Below, piece after piece: positions 17,513 through 24,849 of a DNA stretch of 39,675 nt; position 1 is the first letter of the stretch; every line of letters starts with the position of its first letter. The DNA is from Candidatus Aenigmatarchaeota archaeon (GTDB taxonomy: Archaea > Aenigmatarchaeota > Aenigmatarchaeia > CG10238-14 > SCSR01), in the NCBI GenBank assembly GCA_039090665.1, contig JAWCSL010000007.1, positions 1-39,675 on the forward strand, in the 5' to 3' direction. Below the pieces are notes generated by a model, which saw only the letters and a program-made list of their open reading frames with translations, had not been told where the DNA came from and searched no databases. The translations under genes were made by a program, and so were the position numbers.

Positions 17513-18109
17513 ATGGTCAATTTTTTCAAAATTTCAGCTGCTGCTTTTGCTTTCCTTACACTCTTTTCTCTTCATGCTCTAGCTCAAAATCCTTTTCTTG
17601 ATATGATACAAAGTTTTAAAGAAAGCGGTGTTTTTGATATTTTCCTTTTCATTTTATTTTTTGTTACTTCTTATGCAATCTTGATGAAATCAAAAGTTTT
17701 GGGAAGTAATGCAGGAGTAAATGGTGTTGTTGCATTGGGTATAGCTTTCTTCCTTTCTCTTTATTCAACTTTTACAGGATTTAGCCTTATTGAGCCCATG
17801 TCCAGATTCTTCACCCAAGCAAGTGTTATAGCACTTATGTTTATTGCAGCTCTTGTAATAGCAAGTGTTTTCTATCCCGACCTTCCAAAAATGCTTGCCG
17901 AACATATAAAAGGACCTACAATACTCTATATACTCATTCCCTTGGCTTTAGCACTCCTTATAACATCAAGAGTAATCTGGGTCTTTTGGGCTGGATATAA
18001 AGCTACTCCAGGACCAAGTAGTGATATCATGGTGCTTATAGTTGGTTTATTAATTTTTGGTATCATATTGATAATAGCAACAATAATTGTTGGTGGGGGT
18101 AAAAAATAA
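17513..18109 (+). CDS. Multi-pass membrane protein ('YxLLxKSxILG' family)
   Basis: FLFILFFVTSYAILMKSKVLGSNAGVNGVVALGIAF; about 5 TM helices plus possible signal; TAATG-coupled to paralog. Confidence 0.8.
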   Translation: MVNFFKISAAAFAFLTLFSLHALAQNPFLDMIQSFKESGVFDIFLFILFFVTSYAILMKSKVLGSNAGVNGVVALGIAFFLSLYSTFTGFSLIEPMSRFFTQASVIALMFIAALVIASVFYPDLPKMLAEHIKGPTILYILIPLALALLITSRVIWVFWAGYKATPGPSSDIMVLIVGLLIFGIILIIATIIVGGGKK

Positions 18110-18663
18110 TGGTAAGCCCATTCGAGCTTATGGTACTGAAGCTTCAAGAATATGGCTTCTTCACATTCTTACTACCTTTCATTTTAATGGCAGCTATTCT
18201 CTATGGTTTACTTAGGAAATCACAAATTTTCGGTCCACCCGAGAAAAATGTTGCAGTTAATGCTGTTGTTGCCATAGTTGCAAGCTTCATGGTGTTGGCT
18301 GCCCCTGTAATAGCTGGAATAAATATAGAACAACAACTTGCAAAGTTCTTCCTTCATAGCATGATAGCAGTTATTATACTTGTTGTTACCCTTCTCACAA
18401 TAGGAATGTTCGTAGGTCCAGATCTACCTACCAAGCTTCAAGACAAACTTGGCTCTAAATTTCTTGGAGGCTTGTTAGTTGTTGGTATTGTTATTGGTTT
18501 AACCTTACTCGTTACAAGCGGTTTAACAAATGTTTTCTTTCCAGAAGGATTTGGGGGAATTCCTGAAGATGTTGTGATCTCGATAGCAACGATAGCCATT
18601 CTCTTGATAATAATAATGCTAATAGTGATTTTTGTTAGTCGTGAAGAGAAGAAGAAATCATAG
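18109..18663 (+). CDS. Multi-pass membrane protein ('YxLLxKSxILG' family)
   Basis: FLLPFILMAAILYGLLRKSQIFGPPEKNVAVNAVVAIVASF; shares 'PDLP' with upstream paralog. Confidence 0.8.
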   Translation: MVSPFELMVLKLQEYGFFTFLLPFILMAAILYGLLRKSQIFGPPEKNVAVNAVVAIVASFMVLAAPVIAGINIEQQLAKFFLHSMIAVIILVVTLLTIGMFVGPDLPTKLQDKLGSKFLGGLLVVGIVIGLTLLVTSGLTNVFFPEGFGGIPEDVVISIATIAILLIIIMLIVIFVSREEKKKS

Positions 18664-19411
18664 TTTCTAGAAATTCTTTTTCTGTGAAGTGGAGCGAACC
18701 TGGAACTATTAAAACTGCTGGTAATTTTATTTCAAACTCCATCAAATCTTTGATACATTTGAAGAAAATTTTCATCTCTTTGCTCCCTGCTCTAGAAAAA
18801 ACAATTATCTTATCGTTCGTACTTATAATTTTATCTTTTCTTACCTCTTCAAGTCTTAACAGAATTTCCAAGGCTTCCTTTACACTCATTAGCTTATTTT
18901 CTTCTGTATCTATATCTAAGAGGCAAAGTGTATGCAGGCCACGAGCCTTATTCATCTTTATAGTTTCGTAAACTGATTCTGGAAGTTTACCTCTTGTTTT
19001 CTCAAGGAAAGGAATTGTAACGCATGAACCAAATTTATAGATGTGTAGACCTGTTTCTGCTATAGCTGAAAAAATGGAAGAATTATGGATGACTTCAGTT
19101 TTTATCCCCCTTTTCCTTGCTTCAAGAATTAAAGCTGAATGTGTGGTGGCAACCAAAGGATCGCCTCCCACAAAAATTGCTATGTCTTGAGTTTTTGCTT
19201 CTTCCAGAATTTTCCCAGAATTTTCTTCCAAATCTTTTCTCTTCAAGACTTTGATTTTCTTTCCTATAATTTCTTCCAATTTTTCCAAATCACCAAACCA
19301 GGCTGTTGTGTAAAGTTCTATGTAAACTTTGTTTGCCTTCTTTGCTTCCTCTATTCCCCTCAAGCTCAAATCTTTTTCATCAAACAAGCCTAAGCCTATT
19401 AGTACAAGCAT
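18635..19411 (-). CDS. dph5: Diphthine synthase
   Basis: MLVLIGLGL, ELYT, GDPLVATTH, GLHIYKFG, GLHTLCLLDI, LIVPGSLHFTEKEFL. Confidence 0.95.
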   Translation of the reverse strand: MLVLIGLGLFDEKDLSLRGIEEAKKANKVYIELYTTAWFGDLEKLEEIIGKKIKVLKRKDLEENSGKILEEAKTQDIAIFVGGDPLVATTHSALILEARKRGIKTEVIHNSSIFSAIAETGLHIYKFGSCVTIPFLEKTRGKLPESVYETIKMNKARGLHTLCLLDIDTEENKLMSVKEALEILLRLEEVRKDKIISTNDKIIVFSRAGSKEMKIFFKCIKDLMEFEIKLPAVLIVPGSLHFTEKEFLETMISSSLHD

Positions 19412-19438
19412 AATTCAAAATAGATTGAAAAAATATTT

Positions 19439-20077
19439 ATGAAGGTTTTATTTTCTGGAAAATCTGTTAAAGGCAAAGATCATGAAGAAAATGAAGATGG
19501 CATGCTTTTGGAGCCTGAGCTCAAACTTTTTGCTGTTGCGGATGGGGTTAGCATTCCAAAAGATGGAAAAGAAGCAAGTCGGAAGGTTTTAAAGTATTTG
19601 AAAGAAAACTTCAAAGGAAATTTAAAAGAAGCGATAGAAAAAACCAATAAAGCTTTTGTGGAAGAAAAGTGGAAGGAAGTGTTTGAAGGTTACACTACAA
19701 TAGCAGCTGTTCACTTGAAAGAAAATTCTGTCGAAGCTTGTAATGTTGGTGATAGCCCAATTTTCTTGATCAGGAAAAATAAAGTTGAAAGCCTGGCCTT
19801 TATTGACAAGATTCTTGGAACAAGCACTTTGACTCAAGCCATGGGAGAAGAATTCATTAAAGTTCATTTTTTTGAGAAAGAATTGAAAGTTGGTGATTTT
19901 ATTTTATTGGCAACAGATGGAATAACTGATGTTTTAGGTGAAGAAGAAATTGCTAAATTGTTGAAAAATGAAAACAATCTAGAAAGAATTGTTGAAAAAA
20001 TTATAGAAGAAGCTGAAAAGAAAGCAAGTTTTTATCAAGATGATAAGACCTTGGTTTTAATTAAGGTGGTGGGGTGA
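19439..20077 (+). CDS. PP2C/PPM-family Ser/Thr phosphatase
   Basis: NED, LFAVADG, NVGDS, LTQAMG, LLATDG, DDKT motifs. Confidence 0.9.
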   Translation: MKVLFSGKSVKGKDHEENEDGMLLEPELKLFAVADGVSIPKDGKEASRKVLKYLKENFKGNLKEAIEKTNKAFVEEKWKEVFEGYTTIAAVHLKENSVEACNVGDSPIFLIRKNKVESLAFIDKILGTSTLTQAMGEEFIKVHFFEKELKVGDFILLATDGITDVLGEEEIAKLLKNENNLERIVEKIIEEAEKKASFYQDDKTLVLIKVVG

Positions 20078-20844
20078 GCTTTGATATTATAGGTAGCAAA
20101 GAAAAGGCTGTAGCAATTGTTGAGATTGAAGAAAGCGAAGATGGGAAAAAAATAGCTGAAGAGATAATGAAGAAGCATAAAAATGTTAAGTGTGTTTTGA
20201 AAAAAGCTTCTGGAAGAAAAGGTGAGCTCAGGCTGAGAGAATATGAGCTGATAGCTGGTGATGAAAATACTGAAGTTATTCATAAAGAATATGGTTATAG
20301 CTTAAAGCTTGATCCACAAAAAGTTTATTTTTCACCAAGAGAAGCTCGAGAGAGGCAAAGGATAGCCGAGCAAGCCAAGCCCGGTGAAAGAATTTTAGTG
20401 ATGTTCTCTGGAATAGCTCCCATAGCAATAGCCATAGCAAAAAAACAGCCTGAAGTTGATAAAATTTATTGCATAGAGAAAAATGAAGAAGCACATAAAT
20501 ATGCGGAAGAAAATGTGAGGAGAAACAAACTTTCACATAAGATCTTCTTGATTCATGGGGATGCTGAAGAAGAAGCAAAAAAGCTAGACATAAAATTTGA
20601 TAGAATTGTGATGCCTTTGCCTTTTGGAGCTAAGAGCTTTCTTGATGTTGCTTTTAGCTGCCTGAAAGATAGAGGCATAATTCATTTTTACTCTGTTGAA
20701 GAAGAGGGCAACTTAAAAGCATTAAGTGAGATAGAAGCTACTGCAAAAAAATATGGGAAAAAAATAAAGGTTCTGAATGTTAAAAAAGTTTCAGAGTATG
20801 CACCAAGAAAATGGAAAGTTTGTATAGATTTTCTGGTGAGTTAG
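20074..20844 (+). CDS. trm5: Trm5/Tyw2-family tRNA methyltransferase (short, D1-less, Trm5a-like)
   Basis: SFDIIG start, HKEYG, KVYFSPR, SAM motif MFSGIAP, DRIVMPLP, YAPRKWKVCIDF. Confidence 0.8.
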   Translation: MSFDIIGSKEKAVAIVEIEESEDGKKIAEEIMKKHKNVKCVLKKASGRKGELRLREYELIAGDENTEVIHKEYGYSLKLDPQKVYFSPREARERQRIAEQAKPGERILVMFSGIAPIAIAIAKKQPEVDKIYCIEKNEEAHKYAEENVRRNKLSHKIFLIHGDAEEEAKKLDIKFDRIVMPLPFGAKSFLDVAFSCLKDRGIIHFYSVEEEGNLKALSEIEATAKKYGKKIKVLNVKKVSEYAPRKWKVCIDFLVS

Positions 20845-21607
20845 TGGATTTGGAAAAGGAAATAGAAAATACGCAAGTCTTAATTTTGATGGGAGGAAGT
20901 GGCAAAAGGATAGGAAATCCTGAATTACCAAAGGCCTTAATGAAAGTTGGGGGGAAAGCTCTAATAGATCGTTGCATAGAATTCTATGCTAAACATGGGT
21001 TTAAGGATTTCATACTTCTTGTTGGTTTTATGCATGAAAAAATTGAAGAGCATGTTGGAGATGGTTCCAAGTATGGTGTAAAGGTAAGGTATTGTTTAGA
21101 TCCATCAATTAAAAAAGTTGGTAAAGGTAAGGCTTTGAAGAATGCCATTTTAACTGGAGTAATTGATTTAAACAAAAGAGCGATAATAGCTTATCCTGAT
21201 GATGTCTATCTTGACGAAGAAATTCCAATCAAGCTTTTGAAGAAGCATCTTGAATTGAAAGAAAGTAAAAGAATAATAGCTACTTTAGCTTGTGCTTCTG
21301 GAGTTGAATATCCTTATGGTGTAGCTTTAGCTTATGATGGTGAACTAGTGGAAGAATTTTTTGAGAAACCAATAGTTCAAATTCCCTCAACAATTGGTTT
21401 GTATATGGTTGAGCCTGAATTCTATAAAGAAGTTGAAAAAATATTGACATGGGGGAAGAAAAAGCAATAGAGTTTGAAAGTGTTGTTTTTCCTAAGCTTG
21501 CTAAAGAAAAGAAGCTTGGCAGATTTTTGATAGAACCAAAGAAATGGATTGCAATCAACACACAAAAGGAATTGGAAACTGCTGAAAATGTTTTAAGCAA
21601 AAAATAA
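20844..21607 (+). pseudogene. Sugar-phosphate nucleotidyltransferase split by a 1-nt frameshift at A6 run (21436-21441); possibly an assembly error
   Basis: GGSGKRIG...PKAL, EFFEKP; adding one A continues NIDMGEEKAIEFESVVFPKLAKEKKL...WIAINTQKELETAE to TAA 21607; GTG start at 20844 overlaps trm5 stop. Confidence 0.85.
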
Positions 21608-21635
21608 ACTTTTTCAAAAGACAATTTTCTATCAG

Positions 21636-21736
21636 GCGGGAGTCGCCTAGCCTGGTCAATGGCGCAAGGTAGCTTAAGCCTTGAATCAGAGCCTTGTGGC
21701 TTAGTGCCTTCGTGGGTTCAAATCCCACCTCCCGCA
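21636..21736 (+). tRNA. tRNA-Leu(CAG) with 15-nt intron at position 32/33 (21671-21685)
   Basis: Acceptor GCGGGAG/CTCCCGC + A73; anticodon stem CAAGG/CCTTG; spliced loop TT-CAG-AG; long variable arm; GTGGG TTCAAAT CCCAC; BHB helix CAAG/CTTG with bulges GTA and AAT; no encoded CCA. Confidence 0.9.
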
Positions 21737-21746
21737 CTAGGGCTGA

Positions 21747-21799
21747 GGGATATATACATCTTTTTGAAATTTGGTAATTTTCATAAAAAATCAAATTAA
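21747..21799 (+). repeat. Left terminal inverted repeat (53 bp)
   Basis: GGGATATATACATCTTTTTGAAATTTGGTAATTTTCATAAAAAATCAAATTAA. Confidence 0.95.
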
Positions 21800-21828
21800 T
21801 TTAAATCTTTAAACTCTTTATTATTTTC

Positions 21829-22287
21829 ATGGTATATGAACTAACTATGGCTTTTGTACCAATATTAGGATTTATTTTAGGTGGTATACGCTTCATAATA
21901 TATAAGCAAATTATAAAAGAAAGAAACAAAATTCTAGAAAAAATTAAAGAAGATTATAAAAAATTTCTTAAACATCCCAAAATAACTTCCGATGAAGAAA
22001 AAAGAAATTTTATAAAAAATCTAGCTGGGTTATATAAATTTGAAATAGAATTAAAAAGAGTTGATATAAGTTTTAAAAACTTATTTTTTGGATTCATAGG
22101 ACTACTTGTCGGTATTTTTATTTTTGATGTATTTGGTGTACCATCTTTAATTGTTGTTATTATCATTTTGGAAGTTTTTGGAATTTTGTCTTTTCTTGAG
22201 TTTATGTTCCTCAACGAAACATACAACCACATTAATTTGTATGAATCAGGGAAACCACCAAAAGAATTTATTAAGAAAATTTGGTAG
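21829..22287 (+). CDS. Hypothetical membrane protein (about 3 TM), element cargo
   Basis: 152-aa ORF, hydrophobic N-terminus and C-terminal hairpin, very AT-rich. Confidence 0.7.
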   Translation: MVYELTMAFVPILGFILGGIRFIIYKQIIKERNKILEKIKEDYKKFLKHPKITSDEEKRNFIKNLAGLYKFEIELKRVDISFKNLFFGFIGLLVGIFIFDVFGVPSLIVVIIILEVFGILSFLEFMFLNETYNHINLYESGKPPKEFIKKIW

Positions 22288-22306
22288 TTTTCTTAAAAAT
22301 CAAAAC

Positions 22307-22800
22307 TTAACATTTTTCGTTTGTTTCCTCTATTAACAAAAGTTGTTGATAGTATTCTCTTGAAGAATATCGACAACATTTATACATCTCAGAAAATTTA
22401 CAAAATTTCCCAAAGTAAGTTGCACATTCGGCTTTTATTCGAATATAAGCATTTTTCACACTGTCATTAAAAGTTGGTTTAAATTTGAAGGTAGACAATT
22501 GACCAGCATCAACTCGGTAGACAATACTTCTACTATCTTCAACTTTTCCAAAGTCATCTATGAATTTTATTTTATCTGAAGTAAAGGTTACATTGAAAAA
22601 TGCTGAAATTTTTCCACCATTATTTAACTGATATAAGTTTCTAATTTATCATTTAAAATGGTAGGGCAAACTTTATCTGCAGTGCTTGTTTGAATTACCC
22701 AAACCATTTCTGGTAAAGAAATATAACCATAAATTATTGTACCGATTGCTATCAGAATTGCTAAATAAGTATAGAATCGTTGTGGTGAAATTCCTTTCAT
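22307..22800 (-). pseudogene. Frameshifted class III signal-peptide (pilin-like) surface protein, element cargo
   Basis: ATG 22800: MKG/ISPQRFYTYLAILIAIGTIIYGY...LETYIS* (stop 22624-22626); shifted frame continues QLNNGGKISAFFNVTF...KAECATYFGKFC...KCCRY...EKC* to 22307; one missing base within 22627-22645. Confidence 0.7.
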
Positions 22801-22817
22801 AAGATAGAGTTTTCTAG

Positions 22818-23018
22818 TTAAAAATATTTATATTTATCAGCTTCGAAGCTATAAGATGGTTAATTAAACATGATTCTCATTTTATTTCACAACTACTGGT
22901 TCAATCAAAGAACTATATTGTTTATGATAAAGAAGAAGGACAAATTGAAAATATAGGTTTTGTAGAGGGTAAACAATTAGATTGCTCTTGCATAGCAAAT
23001 ATAACGATAAAATCTTAA
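22818..23018 (+). pseudogene. Start-less 3' gene fragment whose stop lies in the right TIR
   Basis: About 66 open codons with no ATG: ...SFEAIRWLIKHDSHFISQLLVQSKNYIVYDKEEGQIENIGFVEGKQLDCSCIANITIKS*. Confidence 0.4.
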
Positions 23019-23067
23019 TTTGATTTTTTATGAAAATTACCAAATTTCAAAAAGATGTATATATCCC
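23015..23067 (-). repeat. Right terminal inverted repeat (53 bp)
   Basis: TTAATTTGATTTTTTATGAAAATTACCAAATTTCAAAAAGATGTATATATCCC, exact reverse complement of 21747-21799. Confidence 0.95.
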
Positions 23068-23314
23068 CACATCTTTATAGTTAAAATTCTAGTACCAACA
23101 AATGTTGGCTCAGCCAATATTCGCCAAAAAATGAAGTAGACTAGATTGCAGATAGTTTTAAATATCTTTTTTCCTAACTTCAATTTAGGTGTAAGAGATG
23201 GGCGATAGTTTTTGCATCAACTAACTTTTACCTTGAGTTTTTGGATGATTTTCTGAAACTAAACAAAATTTATTTTAAAACACTAAATTCTTTGAATAAC
23301 AATATAAAAATTAA

Positions 23315-23418
23315 GCTCGGGTGGCCGAATCTGGTTAGGCAGTCGGCTGCAGTTGGTCTTTTGATAAAAGATGAGAAGTTGAGACCGACGCATGTGGGTT
23401 CAAATCCCGCCCCGAGCT
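23315..23418 (+). tRNA. tRNA-Cys(GCA) with 31-nt canonical 37/38 intron (23353-23383)
   Basis: Acceptor GCTCGGG/CCCGAGC + U73; anticodon stem GTCGG/CCGAC, CT-GCA-G then intron then A; T arm GTGGG TTCAAAT CCCGC. Confidence 0.9.
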
Positions 23419-23433
23419 CTTCAAAGTGATAAA

Positions 23434-24849
23434 ATGCTTAGAGTCTTCAACACACTTACAAGAAAAAAAGATGTTTTTAGGCCAATAGAAGACAAAAAGG
23501 TTAAAATGTTTGTTTGTGGTCCTACAGTTTACGATTTTTCTCACTTAGGACATGCAAAAACTTATGTACAGTTTGACATGATCGCAAGATACTTGCGATT
23601 TAAAGGTTTTGATGTTTTTTATCTTCAAAACATTACTGATTTGGATGACAAAATAATAGATAGGGCTAGAAAAGAAGGTGTAGATCCAAAAGAAATAGCG
23701 AGAAGATTTGAAGAAGAATATCACAAAGATATGAAAGCTTTGAATGTTATTTCTGTTAATAAATATGCTCGCGCCACTGACTACATAAAAGAAATAATAA
23801 GTCAAGTTGAAAGGTTGCTCAAGAAAGGCTTTGCCTATGAAATAGAAGATGGGATTTATTATGATATAAGCAAGTTCAAAGAATATGGTAAGCTTTCTGG
23901 AAGAACTGTTTTAGAAGCAGAAGACGCTGTTTCAAGAATCGATGAAAGTGTGAACAAAAGAAATAAAGGAGATTTTTGTTTATGGAAGAGATCTAAGCCG
24001 GGTGAACCAAAGTGGCCATCTCCTTGGTTTGAAGGTAGGCCTGGATGGCATATAGAAGATACTGCAATTACCGAAGCTCATTTCGGACCACAATATGATA
24101 TCCATGGAGGAGCAAGAGATTTGATTTTTCCACATCATGAAGCAGAAATTGCACAAATGGAAGCAATTTCAGGTAAAAAACCTTTTGTGAAGTATTGGCT
24201 CCATACAGGTTTTCTTACAGTTAATGGAGAAAAAATGTCAAAGTCTTTAGGAAATTTTGTGACAATAAAAGATGTTCTTAAAAAATATGATGCTGAAACA
24301 ATAAGGTTGTTTTTCCTTTCTTCACATTACAGGAGCCCAATTGATTATAATGAAAAGAATTTGGAGCAAGCCAAAAAAAATCTTGAAAGATTGTACAATA
24401 CTTTGGAAAAATTAGAAGAAGCAAAAAAAGTGAGGAAAAAAACAAAAAATGAGAAAGATTTTGAAGAATTTATGAGAAAGATTGTGAAAGATTTTGAAGA
24501 ATTTATGGACGATGACTTCAACACGCCAAAAGCTTTGCTATGCTTATATAAACTTTCTAGCAAAACAAACATCTTGCTCGAAAAACAAAAAAATGAAATA
24601 AATGAAAAACTTGCAACAAAAATAATCGAAACTTTTAGAAAACTTGGCTATATTTTTGGAATACTGCAAAAAGAAATAAAAAGGGAGGAAATTCCTGAAG
24701 AAATCAAAAAATTAGTTGAAGAAAGAGAAAATGTAAGAAAAGCTAAAGATTTTGAGAAAGCTGATGAGTTGAGAGAAAAAATTAAATCTTTAGGATATAT
24801 TGTTGAAGACACAAAAGATGGGCCCAAAGTTAAGAAAATTAACCCCTAA
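23434..24849 (+). CDS. cysS: Cysteinyl-tRNA synthetase (class I)
   Basis: MLRVFNTLT, FVCGPTVY, HLGHA, GRPGWHIE, DLIFPHHE, KMSKSLGN; start ATG 23434 (track start lies inside the tRNA). Confidence 0.97.
   Translation: MLRVFNTLTRKKDVFRPIEDKKVKMFVCGPTVYDFSHLGHAKTYVQFDMIARYLRFKGFDVFYLQNITDLDDKIIDRARKEGVDPKEIARRFEEEYHKDMKALNVISVNKYARATDYIKEIISQVERLLKKGFAYEIEDGIYYDISKFKEYGKLSGRTVLEAEDAVSRIDESVNKRNKGDFCLWKRSKPGEPKWPSPWFEGRPGWHIEDTAITEAHFGPQYDIHGGARDLIFPHHEAEIAQMEAISGKKPFVKYWLHTGFLTVNGEKMSKSLGNFVTIKDVLKKYDAETIRLFFLSSHYRSPIDYNEKNLEQAKKNLERLYNTLEKLEEAKKVRKKTKNEKDFEEFMRKIVKDFEEFMDDDFNTPKALLCLYKLSSKTNILLEKQKNEINEKLATKIIETFRKLGYIFGILQKEIKREEIPEEIKKLVEERENVRKAKDFEKADELREKIKSLGYIVEDTKDGPKVKKINP

Larger units (their letters stand above)
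21747..23067. mobile_element. 1321-bp non-autonomous TIR element next to tRNA-Leu 3' end (candidate mini-casposon/MITE-like)
   Basis: Perfect 53-bp terminal inverted repeats; begins 10 bp after the tRNA; no transposase or integrase inside; cargo partly degraded; no clean target-site duplication. Confidence 0.75.

Noticed and set aside
21665..21685. Reading tRNA-Leu as intron-less using the first CCTTG (apparent TAA anticodon)
   Set aside because: Gives a 9-nt loop and an oversized variable region; BHB geometry supports a 32/33 intron and CAG
21555..21794. Track ORF of 79 aa, and similarly 23241..23429 and 23335..23544
   Set aside because: They are translations across tRNA genes
21733..23081. 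Target-site duplication or attL/attR tRNA repeat for the element
   Set aside because: Flanks do not match at 5, 8 or 14 bp beyond a CxCA start, and no duplicated tRNA 3' end was found, so an integrase-type island is unsupported
23090..23260. Possible decayed minus-strand gene (…SENHPKTQGKKLVDAKTIAHLLHLN*)
   Set aside because: Short, several stops, no recognisable family
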